Assembly (NCBI GenBank): GCA_030390025.1
Contig: CM059432.1
Location: 42,162,001-42,226,000 of the forward strand
Source: Squalus acanthias
Taxonomy: Eukaryota
Direction of reading: 5' to 3'
Length of the DNA: 64,000 nucleotides
In this document: positions 22,894 to 35,679 of the stretch, in pieces
How the letters are laid out: every line of letters starts with the position of its first letter
Position numbering within the stretch: the first letter of the stretch is position 1
Notes under the pieces: model-generated
The model's database searches: none
Seen by the model: the letters and a program-made list of their open reading frames with translations, nothing else
What the model was told of the DNA's origin: nothing
Translations under genes and position numbers: made by a program

Positions 22894-25800
22894 GGTAGCA
22901 TAGTGGTTATGTTACTGGACTAGTAATCCAGAGGTCCTGGACAAGAGTTCAAATCCCACTTCATGGCAGCTGGGGGAATTTAAATTCAGTTAACTAAATA
23001 AATCTGGAATTAAAAAGTTAGTGTTAGTGTTAGTGTTAGTAATAGTGATCATGAAACTACCAAATTGTTGTAATAAACCCAACTGGTTCACTTATGTCCA
23101 TTACCTGGTCTGTGACTTCAGACCCACAGCAATGTGAAATGGCCTAGCAAGCCACTCAGTTGTATCAAACCACTACTAAAAATAAGACAGATCAACCTAG
23201 GCACTGGAATCAAATATCACACCCTGTCAACCCTGCAAAGTCCTACTTGACCTTGTCCTCACTGGGAATTGGGAGAGCTGACCCACAGACTAGTCAAGCA
23301 ACAGCCTGACATAGGGCTGGATTTTCTCAGCCCCATGGAGGTGGGACTGCCAGTAAAGTGGGGGCGGATGGCAAACCCGCCTTTTTGCCAGGAGGCGGAA
23401 AGATGTGCTGCTTCGGGTCCTGTCTCCTGGAAGCGGGACAGGGATTAAATCCTTTTAACTGCTTGTTAACAGGTAGTTAACAGGCAGGAAAAAGGATTAG
23501 TGGCATTTTGCCTTCTCAGGTGAAGGCTTCCCGACCTGGGAGAATCCCATCGGGTTGGAGGAGACGTGAAGGAGGTCTGCGGGGGCACCTGGAAGTAAGA
23601 TGTAGAGGTGAGTGATGGGTGCAAGTGTGGAGTGGTAAGTATGTAAGGTGAGTGATAAGTGTTTAAAAATGTTCACTTACCTTGTTTTCTTCCTACAGCC
23701 TTCATCCACCCTGGATCGGGAGACCCGACATCTTCCTTGTCAATTTCACAGACTGACTGTTGGGTCTTCCGAACCAACAGCCATCTGAAATCGACAAAGT
23801 TGAAAGGTTTGATGAGTCCTGAACACAAAGGCTCATCAAACTACAGAGAATGTCAGTGTTTGACAGCTTCACAGAGCTGTCAAACGCTGACATTTCTTCT
23901 TTCAAGAAGTCTTGACAGATAACACGTCAGACGTTGATGTGCTCTGTCAGTGACTTCCTCTCTAATTGGCCTGCTGAGCCCGCAGGGCGGGCTTAACAAG
24001 GTCAATCAGGGGAAAATCCCTCTGGTTGGTCAGACGATGATGGAGGCGGGACATTGACATGACAAGCAGATTCAGAACAGAACTAGCAGTGAAAACTGGG
24101 CATCCATGAGGCGCTGTGGACCATCAGCAGCAGCAGAATTGTATTCCATCGCAATCTGTAACGTCATGGCCCAGCATATCCCTCACTCTACCATTACTAT
24201 CAAGCCAGGGAACCAACCCTGCTTCAATGAGGAGTGCAGAAGAGCATGCCAGGAGCAGCACCAGGCATACCTAAAAATGAGTGCCAACCTGGTGAAGCTA
24301 CAACATGCATGCTAAACAGCAGAAGCCGCATGCTATAGACAGAGCTAAGCGATCCCATAACCAACGGATTAGTCCTGCCACATCCATTCATGAATGGTGG
24401 TGGACAATTAACTAACGGGAGGAGGAGGCTCCATGAACATTTCCATCCTCAATGATGGCGGAGCCCGGCACGTGAGTGCAAAAGACAAGGCTGAGGCGTT
24501 TGCAAACAGAGGTGCCGAGTGGATGACCCAGCTTGCCCTCCTCCTGAGGTCCACACCATCACAGTCTTCAGCCAATTCGATTCATTCCACGTGATATCAA
24601 GAAACGACTGAGCGCTCTGGATACTGCATAGGCTATGGGCCCCGACAACATCCCAGCTGCAGAACTAGCTGCGCCTCTAGCCAAGCTGTTCCAGTAGAGC
24701 TACAACCCTGGCATCTACCCGACAGAGTGTAAAATTGTCCAGGTATGTCCTATCCGCAAAACGCAGGACAAATCCAATCTGACCAATTACCGCCCCATCA
24801 GTCTACTGTCAATCATCAGCAAAGTGATAGAAGGTGTCATCGACAGTGCTATCAAGTGGCTGTTAGCCACCAATAACTTACTCACCGATACTTAGTTTGG
24901 GTTCTGCCAGGACCACACAGCTCCAGACCTCATTACAGCCTTGGTTAAAACATGAACAAAAGAGCTGAATTCCAGAGGTGAGGTGAGAGTGACTGCCCTT
25001 GACATCAAGGCAGCATTTGACCAAGTGTGGCATCAAGCAGCCCTGGTAAAATTGAAGTCAATGAGAATCATGAGGAAAACTCTCCACTGGCTGGAGTCAT
25101 ACCTAGCACAAAGAAGATGGTTGTGGTTGTTGGAGGCCAATCACCGCAGCCCCAGGACATCGCTGCAGGAGTTCCTCAGGGCAGTGTCCTAGGCCCAACC
25201 ATCTTTAGCTGCTTCATCAATGACCTTCCCTCCATCATAAGGTCATAAATGGGGATGATTGTTATAGTGTTCAGTTCGATTCGCAACTCCTCCGATAATG
25301 AAGCAGTCCATGCCCGCATACAGACCTGGACAACATTCAGTCTTGGGCTGATAAGTGGCAAGTAACTTTCACGCCACAAAAATGCCAAGCAATGACCATC
25401 TCCAACAAGAGAGAGTCTAACCACCTCCCCTTGACATTCAATGGCATTACCATCACCAAATCCCCCACCATCAGCATCTTGGGAGTCACCATTGACAGGA
25501 AACTTAACTGGACCAGCCACATAAATACTGTGGTTACAAGAGCAGGTCAGGGGCTGGGTATTCTGTGGTGAGTGACTCACCTCCTGACTCCCCAAATCCT
25601 TTCCACCTTTTACAAGGCACAAGTCAGGAGTATGATGGAGTGCTCTCGACTTGCCTGGATGAGTGCAGCTCCAAATACACTCAAGAATCTCAATACCATC
25701 CAGGACAAAGCAGCTCACTTTATTGACATCCCATCCACCACATTAAACATTCACTCCCTCCACCACCGGCGCACTGTGTCTGCAGTGTGTACCTTCTACA

Positions 25801-26143
25801 AGATGCACTACAGCAACTTGCCAAGGCTTCTTCGACAGCACCTCCCAAACCCATGACCTCTACCACCTAGAAGGACAAGGGCAGCAGGCACATGGGAACA
25901 CCACCATCTCCAAGTTCCCATCCAAGTCACACACTATCCTGACTTGGAAATATATTGCCGTTCTTTCATCGTCAGTGGATCAAAATCCTGGACTCGTACC
26001 CTAACAGCACTGTGGGAGTAACTTCACCATACGCACTGTAGCGGATCAAGAAGGCAGCTCACCACCACCTTCTCAAGGGCAACTAGGGATGGGCAATAAA
26101 TGCTGGCATTGCCAGTGACGTCCACATCCCATGAATGAATGAA
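22894..26143 (+). mobile_element. CR1-group LINE family B, near full length, with tRNA-like 5' head; EN start 23269-23313, RT region 24066-25990, disrupted
   Basis: A box TAGCATAGTGG, B box GTTCAAATC; LGELTHRLVKQQPDI (APE N-terminus); NYRPISLLSIISKV, ALDIKAAFDQVWH, GVPQGSVLGPTIFSCFINDLP; 3' end GGGCAATAAATGCTGG..(ATGA)n. Confidence 0.8.
23314..24060. mobile_element. Harbinger-type MITE inserted in the LINE endonuclease region (right end lost)
   Basis: ATA|GGGCTGGATTTTCTC terminus; subterminal GGGCTTAACAAG..AATCAG also seen at 53442. Confidence 0.7.
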
Positions 26144-26229
26144 AACAATATTGGCTGCACAATGAAAGAGCAGAAAGAAAAGTATCGGGATACGAGAGAT
26201 TTTCTTGGGCTGTAAGGTCTAATGAATTT

Positions 26230-26575
26230 ATCTTGTGTTTAAATCCCTTCATGGGCTTGCCCCTCCCTATCTCTGTAACCTTTTCCAGCGTTACAACCCT
26301 CTGAGAACTCTTCCTCCAGATCAGGTCTCTTGTGTAATCCCTACCATTGGTGGCCATGGCTTTCGTCGTCTCTAGAATTCCCTTCTCCACCTTGCCACCT
26401 CCCTTCCCTTCCCTCGTTTAAGGTGCTCCTTAGAACCCATCTCTTTGTCCAAGCTTTTAGTCACCCCTCCTAATATCTCAATTTTTGACTCAATGGCGTC
26501 TTTTGTCTGATTAAGCTTCTGTGAAACCTTGGGATGGTTTAAAAGCACTATATAAATGCAAGCTCTTGTTGTTGA
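26230..26575 (+). mobile_element. L2 3' end
   Basis: AAATCCCTTCATGG..CTCTGTAACC..TATATAAATGCAAG..GTTGTT, as in the other L2 copies. Confidence 0.8.
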
Positions 26576-26779
26576 GTGGCGATCCAGAGATATCCTTATT
26601 CGGATAGTTGTCATTTACTATACACATAAATTCTCTGGACTTAGCAAATGAGAGAACAATATCAAGATTGGTAGGTGACACTAACAGGGTAAATGGCAAA
26701 TTGTGAAGACTACAGAAGGAGTTAGGCAGGGTGATAGGATAGGCAAACAGATTGGGAGAGGCCGTTAATGTAGAAAAAT

Positions 26780-26955
26780 ATTAACTTAGGAACAGGAGTA
26801 GGTTATTCAGCCCCTCAGACCTGTTCTGCCATTCAATTAGATCATGGCTGATCTTAACTTTATCCACCCACCTTACTTCCGTAACTCTTAATACCCTCGC
26901 CTAACGAAGATCTATCAATCTCAGTTTTGACATTTTCAGTTGACCTAGCCTCAAG
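26780..26955 (-). mobile_element. CR1 3' end
   Basis: AGGAACAGGAGTAGG..CCATTCAATTAGATCATGGCTGATC. Confidence 0.8.
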
Positions 26956-27306
26956 TCGTACACTTTGGAAGAAATAAAAGTGAAAAGAACTGCTCCTTAA
27001 GTTGTAAGATTTAAATTGGCGTATAGGAGCTGAGGGACTTGGGGGGCAGATAGGCTGGCCATTAAAGATGGCAGCTAAGCCATTAAGGCTAAATAAAGGC
27101 AAATAGAATCATTGATGTTGTATCATGAGGCATAGCCCCGATACTTACTCCAGGCCGGGAAGAGAGCGGGGAGAGAATTTTCAGACGGTAAACCCAGAAG
27201 TATGGGTTTCCCGCATGTCTTGCCGTTAAGTTTTTTCAACAGGTTTCCCACCCGACAGCCAGCCAGATTGACGCCTGTTGGGCAGGAAAGCAGTCGGGGA
27301 GCAGAT

Positions 27307-27767
27307 AAAGAAAGAAAGACATGTATTTATATAGTGCCTTTCATGACCACCAGACGTCTCAAAGCGCTTTACAGCCAATGAAGTACTTTTGAAGTGGAGT
27401 CACTATTGTAATGTGGGAAACGTGGCAGCCAATTTGCACACAGCAAGCAGCAACGTGATAATGACCAGATAATCTGTTTTTGTTATGTTGATTGAGGGAT
27501 AAATATTGACCAGGACACCGGGGATTACTCCGTAACTCTCCTTCAAAATAGTGCCATGGGATCTTTAACGTCCACCTGAGAGAACAGACGGGGCCTTGGT
27601 TTAACATCTCATCCGAAAGACAGCACCTCCGACAGTGCAGCACTCCCTCAGCACTGCACTGGAGTGTCAGCCTAGATTTATGTGCTCAAGTCCCTGGAGT
27701 GGGACTATGAACCCACAACCTTCTGGCTCAGAGGCGAGTGTGCTACCTACTGAGCCACAGCTGACAC
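27307..27767 (-). mobile_element. Full-length SacSINE1-like DeuSINE (tRNA head)
   Basis: Minus strand GTGTCAGCTGTGGCTCAGTAGGTAGC (A box)..GGGTTCA (B box)..Deu core AAAGATCCCATGGCACTATTT; (TTTC)n tail. Confidence 0.9.
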
Positions 27768-28149
27768 AGATGTCAAATAAGTCTGAAATCACAGGGGAAG
27801 GATGGGGTCTGACATCACCGGGGGTTGGGAGGGGGAGGGGAGGGGGGGTTCGGACACCACGGGGGAGGTTGGACATCGCATTGGGAGCTGGACATCGTGG
27901 GGGGGTCGGCCATTGCGAGGGGTCGGACATCGGGGAGTCTGACATCGGGTGGTCTGACATTGAGGGGGATCGGACATCGCCCGGGGTGGTCGGGACATTG
28001 AGGCGGGGATGGACCTCGTGGGGGGGTGGAAGTGAATTGGACATTGCAGGGGGCGAATTGGACATCGCGAGGGGTTGAATCAGACATTATAGAGGGTGGG
28101 GTGGGTCGGACATCGCGGGGTTGGGTGTCGGCCGATCGCAGGGGTCCGA

Positions 28150-28310
28150 TCATGTGGAGGTAAGCTTGTTAGAAACATAGAAACATAGAAAAATAGGAGC
28201 AGGAGTAGGCCATTCGGCCCTTCGAGCCTGCTCCGCCATTCAATATGATCATGGCTGATCCTCTATCTCAATACCATATTCCCGCTCTCTCCCCATACCC
28301 CTTGATGCCT
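28150..28310 (-). mobile_element. CR1 3' end with (TTCTATGT)n tail
   Basis: AGAAACATAGAAACATAGAA..GGAGCAGGAGTAGGCCATTCGGCCC. Confidence 0.9.
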
Positions 28311-29139
28311 TGTTGGATTGGGGGAAACACTCCTGCTCCTCTTGGCCCACAACCAGTGCAATAAAGACACTTACCTCATGAAGCCAGCCTTTCTCGCCTC
28401 CTTTTACGTGCCGTGATTCATGAGGGCCGGGAATCCTTTCCTCCATGAGTTAAAGATAAAATTACAGTTGAAATGGAGGCACACGGGCTCCTTAAAAGAT
28501 TTTAGTAACTGACCCGCATGCTGAGAGTTGGTTGGTGTAACCGCCCCCACCCAATCTCCCTCCATTAAAACGGGAAGTTGACGGGTTGGGGTCGGGTTTG
28601 CCTTTACACATACCTCCTGGATCCAGTGTCTCTGCCTAACCCATCCACTGCGATCGGAGACCCCTCCACGAGGGCTCCGATCCGCTCACCCTCCCCCCCC
28701 CCCCGCCACCCCCCTCCCCAGGCCTCCGATCCCCCTCATGAGGTCTCCCACCCCCATGCTCCTCCGGCCCTCCGGTGATGCTCCAGACCCAACCTTTGTG
28801 CTCCTCCTGGACAGCGTGCTCCTCCCGGCCCTTTGATGATGCTCTGGACCCCCCCTGCCCCGTGCTAATCTGCCACTCTCCTACCCCCCGACCACCCCCT
28901 GGCCCCACGCGATCCCTCACTCTCTCCTCTGTGTGGCCTAGTTTCCCATGTAAATCAGGCCCTGCTGTTAAATTCGGCAGGGCCTGTGGGAAACCCGTTC
29001 CCTGCAGGAAACCCGTTCTCCCGGGTTTCCCGACTGCTTCTGAGCCCCCTTGCTCCCAGCCCACCAAACTATTAAAATTCAGGCCATAGATTCACTACAC
29101 AGCTATCAAGGATGGGAGGTTACAGTTTTGAAATGGATT

Positions 29140-29480
29140 TTTGCACTGGAACTGAGAAGATTAAGGGGTAGATCTGATAGAGTTCTTCAAGGTTATGATA
29201 AGGTAAATAGTGATGAATTGTTTCCACTGGTCAGTGAGATAGTGATGAGAATTTTAAGATAATCAAAAATAAATGAAAGGGGAGGATAGAAAAAAATCTT
29301 TTCACAGAGGATGGTTAGTAGGTGGAATTCAGCCAAAAGCCATTATTGAAGCAGAGTGCATACATTCCTTTAAAAGGGAATTTGATAGTTGCTTGAAAAG
29401 AAAAATATTAAAGGGCATAGGGAAGAAGTGAAAGTTTGGAACTGGCCTATTTCTGTGCTGTAACAGTCTATGATTCCATG
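29140..29480 (+). mobile_element. Old CR1 3' fragment
   Basis: FALELRRLRG..LFPLV..TTTTCACAGAG..TGGAATTC; degenerate tail. Confidence 0.7.
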
Positions 29481-29874
29481 CTCTAGTAAAATAATTAGCC
29501 TGGATTTTCTAATCAACATTATTTTAATATTGGTGGTAAGAGTTACCACTGTCATTAAAATAACAAAGGTCGGAGAATCTAAGTTAGCGCTTTGCTGTAA
29601 TCCTTGCCCTTTGGATTCATTGCCTGGCTGTTAACATTTATGTTACTATTCATGTCTTTCCGATCCATAACAAACTAAATGCTCCTTGTTTGATCTACAG
29701 TTCAGCTTTGTATAATAAAAAAAAGGTTGGCACATTTTCATGTTCTGAAACAACATGTGACAATTTCATTTAGTGAATTCTAGATCATATCATTTATTCT
29801 TTATGCTTGTTAATCACACATGGCATTGCACATAGGGAGTCGAAACCAAATGTAGGAATTAGGCCAAGCAGGTT

Positions 29875-30200
29875 TGGAGGGTGGGGGGATAATTGGACCT
29901 ATGAGGGACATGGGGAAGGAGGAGCAGAGGAGACTGATGGAAAGGAGGAATAGGGAGGGTATGGAGGGAGAGGGTAGGGGGAATGAGCAGAGAGGAGGGA
30001 GAGGCAGAGTGGAGACAGATGCGGAAGGTAAATGGGGAAAGGTGTATGGGGAGATGGATGGGGAGAGAGGAGAGGGAAAAAAGGAAGGGAACAAGAGGAA
30101 GAGGGGGAATGGGGAAGGGATGTGGACAGGGAGAACTAAGGCAGGGAAACTACCTAAAGTGGGATGGGGGGGGGGGGGAATGGGGGAAGGAGGAGCTCCC
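29875..30200 (+). repeat. Polypurine (G/A-rich) low-complexity tract
   Basis: About 320 bp dominated by G/A, including a long G run at 30166-30178. Confidence 0.85.
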
Positions 30201-31478
30201 TCTCCGGCAGTCCTGAAAATGGCGGGGTGGAGACATGGAAGGGTGGGCACTGGAGTCCAGGGCAGATATTGCAGCTCAGTCCCCTCTGAAATTCCTAAGG
30301 ATCCATCCATGGCCCCCTCCTCTTCATTTATGTGCTTTCCTTCTGTGGATTCATCCATAGACATCGAGTCATCTTCCACATGTATGCCTTTCCACCACTT
30401 TCCTTGATCGCACGACATTCTTCATGCTATCAGACAGCCTCTGTTGCATTAAGCCATGCATGAACCATCATTTCCTATAATTGAACATCGGGAAGAATGG
30501 AAATATAATTTTCTGCCCTTGCCAAATCTCTGCACCCTTACCAATCACTCCATCCCTCTCCCTGGCTGCATTGAGAGAAACTTGGGCATTCAGTTCAACC
30601 CAGAACTAAAGTTCAAACCCCACATCCTATCCAACAGCATGACAGTTTTTTTTCATTTTGCATTCTGCAAATGAACTGACCAAGAATTACGGCAGTGCCA
30701 GCATGCAGGGATCAGCAGGTGATGTACTGGATGAATAAAGCATCATTGAGGCAACAGGCAGTTTTTAATATTGAATTGCAGTTCGCATGTGAAATATTAA
30801 TATTGGAACATTCAAGTGTATATTTCCAATCTATTAGATTCACATAACATAGACTTATGAATGCATAACATGTTGTCCAAATAGCAATATTGTGCATAGG
30901 AGGATCTCCTTTATACTATTGATTGAATAGTTGAGAAGATAAGCATATGTGTTGAGTCCAAAATCTAAGGCCACAGTTATATAACACTAGTGGTCTGAAA
31001 TTAGTAGGTTTAGGAATTTAAGTGCAGGTTGCAAGTCCTGAGTTATACTGTGGGCTATGCCTGACTGCAACTCACAATTTGTCTGTCAGGAGAGTGCTTA
31101 CAGGCATGCACAGATATCTGTTGCCCTGGCAGCAATTTTTTAAGTTAAGAAAGCAGTGTCAACTTTCTTCTAACATTAGAAAGGATCAAGAAAGTACCCA
31201 GGGGATTTAATGGGCCACCTGAGCACCTTCTAAGCTCAGCTTCATACTGGACTGGAGTGAAACTCATTGCAAAGTGATTTCAGTGTGAGACAGATTCCTA
31301 GAGATGCTCTCACATCTCCTGACTTTAGAGCAGTCAGGAGTTAGATTGGAACCTAACTCAGGGGTTATACTGTCAGATTTACATCTATGTGCACCTGAAT
31401 CCATTTTGCACCGACGTTAAACTTGGTGTATAACTGCAGCTTTGGAATTGCATAATGATATTAATTACTTTATAAAAT

Positions 31479-32005
31479 AGCCACACTATAGGAAGGATGT
31501 GATTGCATTGGAGAGGGTGCAGAGGAGATTCACCAGGATGTTACCTGGGCTGGAGCGTTTCAGCTATGAAGAGAGACTGGAAAGGCTGGGGTTGTTTTCC
31601 TTAGAGCAGAGAAGGCTGAGGGGGGACCTGATTGAGGTGTACAAAATTATGAGGGGCATAGATAGGGTAGATAGAAAGGAACTTTTCCCCTTAGTAGAGG
31701 GGTCAATAACCAGGGGGCATAGTTTCAAGGTAAGGGGCAGGAGGTTTAGAGGGGATTTGAGGAAAAACTTTTTCACCCAGAGAGTGGTTGGAATCTGGAA
31801 CTCACTGCCTGAAAGGGTGGTAGAGGCAGGAACCCTCACAACATTCAAGAAGAATTTAATTGAGCACTTGAAACGCCATAGCATACAAGGCTACGGACCA
31901 AGTGCTGGAAAATGGGATTAGAATAGACAGGGCTTGATGGCCGGCGCGGACACGATGGGCCGAAGGGCCACTTTCTGTGCTGTATAACTCTATGACTCTA
32001 TGACT
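31479..32005 (+). mobile_element. Young CR1 3' end (open ORF2 C-terminus)
   Basis: ALERVQRRFTRMLPGL..NFFTQRVVGIWNSLP..GYGPSAGKWD*; (ACTCTATG)n tail. Confidence 0.95.
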
Positions 32006-32152
32006 AAAAATATATTTTAAGTCCAGATTAAAAGGAAATGATGATTATGGAATTCCACAGTATACTGTAAATCCAGAGTAACCTAAAACCTAAAGTAGCA
32101 GAACAATGAAGAAAAACCTGAAGAAAAACATTTTCTGGGTTATTTCTTGTTC

Positions 32153-32245
32153 AGTCTAATGAAGGGTCCCTTTCAAAACATAAATCTGTTTTTCTTTTTC
32201 AGATGCTGACTAACCTGTTCTGTATTTCCAGCATTTTATGTTTAT
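32153..32245 (+). mobile_element. Penelope-like terminal remnant
   Basis: CTAATGAAGGGTC..CAAAAC..CAGATGCTGAC..TATTTCCAGCATTTT; homologous to 33788-33880. Confidence 0.6.
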
Positions 32246-33277
32246 CTTTTCCCTTTATTTTTACATACCACTGGTTGTAGTTCATTGGTCGACTGTTGGG
32301 TCTTCAAACACCTGAAAGCAAAGCTTACCGTACCCTTGATCTACTGATTATAGTGCTGATCTTATTCGTTCCAGATGATTATTTTTTCCACAAGGAAACT
32401 GTAGTCAGCTAACTGAATTACATGGAAACCATGACCTATAGAGGTACTTTATAGGTCAAATGTTACACATGATATATAGGACAAATAAGTTCCTCATACA
32501 GCAATCCAAAATCCATCCTGAAGTAATCATTTGATAGTAACAGCATGAAGTATTCTAGGGGGTCATACAGCAGTGGAAGTGAATTCACACAGATTTAGTA
32601 AAGTATTAACAATGAAATAATCTAAATGTACTGGAATTAATGTATTAGAATACAATTTTTTTGAGGATTACTGCACAACTATAAACTGACAGCAGTTTAG
32701 ATGGTACAATAAGTTATTTGCATTTGCATTCACATTCCATGAATAATCAAATCCATATGGAACCATTTTTTTTAGAAGGGCTGCATTTATGTTGTTTTAA
32801 CCTTGTATAAAGGTCACAGTCACATCTCCGTTAGATCCAGAGTTTGACTCCAGCAATTTGCAACCTTTCTGAAACAGCTGTGTGGGCCCGTTGCTAGGCA
32901 ATGAGACACTTACTTCTGTATCTACTGATTAAACAGAATAGTGTAAATGTTCCCTGTAGAAACCAATAAATGTAGGCACTAATGTTTTTCATGTTCAGCA
33001 ATAGAAACAAAAAAGTCAATTAACAATCCATTAAGATATAAAGGGGAAGGGGGAAGCAAAGAAGAAAAAGGCAAAATTGTTTGGTTTAGTTTGGCTTAAC
33101 CCTTTTACCGCTGACGCTCGCAACCATTATGGGTGACATAATTCTTCGTTAGATTAAATGAATGCTTGTTCCTGTTTTTCCTTGAATACCTTATCTAATT
33201 CAATGGTGTTGAACCAGTAAAAGCAAAGGCAATAGGTGACTGCTAATTATTATATGTACATAAGTTCAGGCTTACCA

Positions 33278-33560
33278 TCATAGAATCATAGAAATTTACA
33301 GCACAGAAGGAGGCCATTCGGCCCCTTGTGTCTGCGCTGGTCGAAAAAGAGCTGTCCAGCCTAATCCCACTTTCCAGCTCTTGGTCCGTAGCCTTGCAGG
33401 TTATGACACTACAAGTGCATATCCAAGTATTTTTTAAATGCGATGAGGGTTTCTGCCTCTACCACCCTTTCAGGCAGTGAGTTCCAGATTCCCACCGCCC
33501 TCTGGGTGAAAACATTTCTCCTCAACTCCCCTCTAATCCTTCTATCAATTACTTCAAATC
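33278..33560 (-). mobile_element. CR1 3' end, 5'-truncated
   Basis: TCATAGAATCATAGAA tail..CACCCAGAGGGCGGTGGGAATCTGGAACTC on minus strand; same family as 31479-32005. Confidence 0.9.
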
Positions 33561-33717
33561 CATATGGAACCATTTTTTTTAGAAGGGCCGCATTTATGTT
33601 GTTTTAACCTTGTATAAAGGTCACAGTCACATCTCTGTTAGATCCAGAGTTTGACTAGTGTAAATTTTATAATTATATTGAAATAGAAACTGAAAGAAAC
33701 ATAGCTTACAAAATCAT

Positions 33718-33880
33718 AAACAGACAGCATCATGTTTCAGATATAGACACTTTGTTAGAATGTTGAAGGTATATACCCTTCTTCAGGTTCTTATGAAGGG
33801 TCTATACCCAAAACTTTAGCCTGTTTATAGATACTGATCGACCTGCAGTGCATTTCCAGCATTTTCTGTTTTTATTTCAG
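33718..33880 (+). mobile_element. Penelope-like remnant with inverted terminal segment
   Basis: 33718-33760 is an imperfect inverse of 33788-33827; tail CATTTCCAGCATTTTCTGTTTTTATTTCAG. Confidence 0.6.
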
Positions 33881-34382
33881 GTATGTATAGTTTCAGAAAA
33901 TAAAAGCTGATAAATACTTTTATATTTAATTACTGGGTCTGCTTATTCCTGGAAAATTACTGTGCACTAAAACTCATTAATGCCCTTTGGTAACATCGCA
34001 AGACATTATTACCATTCTGTGAGAATCAGCACAAATAGGACTTAAAGCACACTAACAAAGCAACATAAGTTACAAACAATAGTAAATTCTAAGGAGTTAA
34101 CCCGACGGGAAAATGACAGGTTCAGATGGGCTGCCCAGTTTATACCTGCCTGATTTTACTTTCCATTGACCGTTTGGCCTTGACTTTACCCCTCCTCCCC
34201 CGATGGGCAGTAAAGGGTCAGACAAGGAGTTTAAATCCTAAAAATCGAGATCTCGCCTCCAAGCCGCTGCATTCCCAACCGCTGTAATATTTATGGTAAT
34301 GCTTCAGGCCCTGGACGAGGCTCCCGCTAAAAGCATTTTTTCAAAATTATAATGGTTATAAGAGGGCACATAATAAAAGAAT

Positions 34383-35100
34383 GGCTCAAAAATTCCTGTA
34401 ACTGCTCAACAAATGCATGGCAAGTTGCTGGAAGTGTGAGATTGATTTGGCGCGGCAACCTCTACAGGGCATCTGGGGTCTGAGTGAGCAGGGCAAGCAA
34501 CTGTGTATCTCCTTAACCAATCCGATTGAAGGATTGTGAAATGAACAGCGCAAGGTATGAACAAGGAAGTGTAAATTAGAGTGGGTGAGTTCAATGTCAA
34601 ATCAGGTACAGAAAGAGAAATAAAGAGAGGGAAAGAAAGAATGGATTAAAGAGAGAGAAAAAAGAGACAGAAAGAAAAAGTAAAAAAACCATTTTGATTA
34701 AATTTTTTGTTTAAATCTTCAACAACTCAAATCTGAAGGAATGAGACTCCACGCTTGTAATAGTTAATTTTCAGTGTCAGAGAACTGGCAGTACTTAACA
34801 CATATCACATCATTACTTAGACTTGAAATGGCGTGACTTATCTATTTGTGCTGAGTTTACTTCATATCTACTGTGCAAGTATAGGAACTTCACGTCGCTC
34901 AATGAATTTGAATGGTGAGGCAGACAGCGAGATGCTGTTTTCGCAAAGCTAATGGTGGAGTGGCACATCTCCGACAATAACTTTTCAATTTCTCCATTTA
35001 ATCACGTATCTTCCCTTGCCTGAAGTTGCTGTGGCATTTGCACATAAATAACGCCGAGCGCTATTAGCCGCAACGTTATTTTGACAACAATTTTGGGGTC
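34383..35100. mobile_element. Harbinger-type MITE (AT-rich family)
   Basis: GGCTCAAAAATT ... AATTTTGGGGTC termini; homologous to 6386-9445. Confidence 0.65.
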
Positions 35101-35420
35101 ATTGTTTTCACTAGTTGATGAATTTGTAGCAAGTGGGCATTGATTCAGAATTAGCATTCAAAGAACAAAGGCTGACGTTAGAAGAAATCTTTTTACACAG
35201 ATTATTATTAGATTCCGAATTACATTACCACAAGTGGCTATTGAGCAGACTATAACATCATTTAAAGGGAATTGAATAAATATTTGAAAAGGAAGAATAT
35301 AAAAGGATTACAGGGAAAGGGCAGGGAAATAGGATTAGAGTAGATAGCTGCAGTTCAAGACCTAGCAGAGGCACAGGATCAAATAGCCTCCTTCTGTACT
35401 GTAAAATCTGAAGTCTAAAT
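35101..35420 (+). mobile_element. Old CR1 3' fragment
   Basis: TTGTTTTCACTAG..AGAAATCTTTTTACACAG..AAATAGCCTCCTTCTGTACTGTAA. Confidence 0.65.
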
Positions 35421-35679
35421 GGTTTATGATTCCCAGATTAATCTTTCACTCCTTGTCACAATTCAAGATTTTTGATAATTTTTTTCTTCAAGTAAAGGAC
35501 TTGTTAATAAGCTATGTCTAGGTGTTGTGTTTTAAAGCAAAGTGAATTTGCTGTTTAAAAAAAAAACAGGCTGCAGGCATTGAAGATGCATATTAAAGCC
35601 AGATGAGTCAGTGTGTGAAATGTTGCCGCTTACAGTCTATTTCAAACTGATACAATGAAAGCTAATTGTCTTACCCCAA

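Larger units (their letters stand above)
27168..29085. mobile_element. Two G-rich Harbinger MITEs joined in opposite orientation (~27168-28600 +, ~28608-29085 -), with nested SINE and CR1 tail
   Basis: 28608-29085 is the reverse complement of the 19753-20290 type; 28566-28598 matches 20485-20515; terminus AAAATTCAGGCC. Confidence 0.6.

Noticed and set aside
29810..30418. 202-aa and 177-aa ORFs
   Set aside because: Products of a polypurine low-complexity tract lacking stop codons.
32153..32190. Active hammerhead ribozyme (also 33788-33815)
   Set aside because: Core boxes are mutated (CTAATGA / CTTATGA; CAAAAC instead of CGAAAC).
32890..32902. RFX X-box-like motif GTTGCTAGGCAAT
   Set aside because: A single short motif with no promoter context; may be chance.
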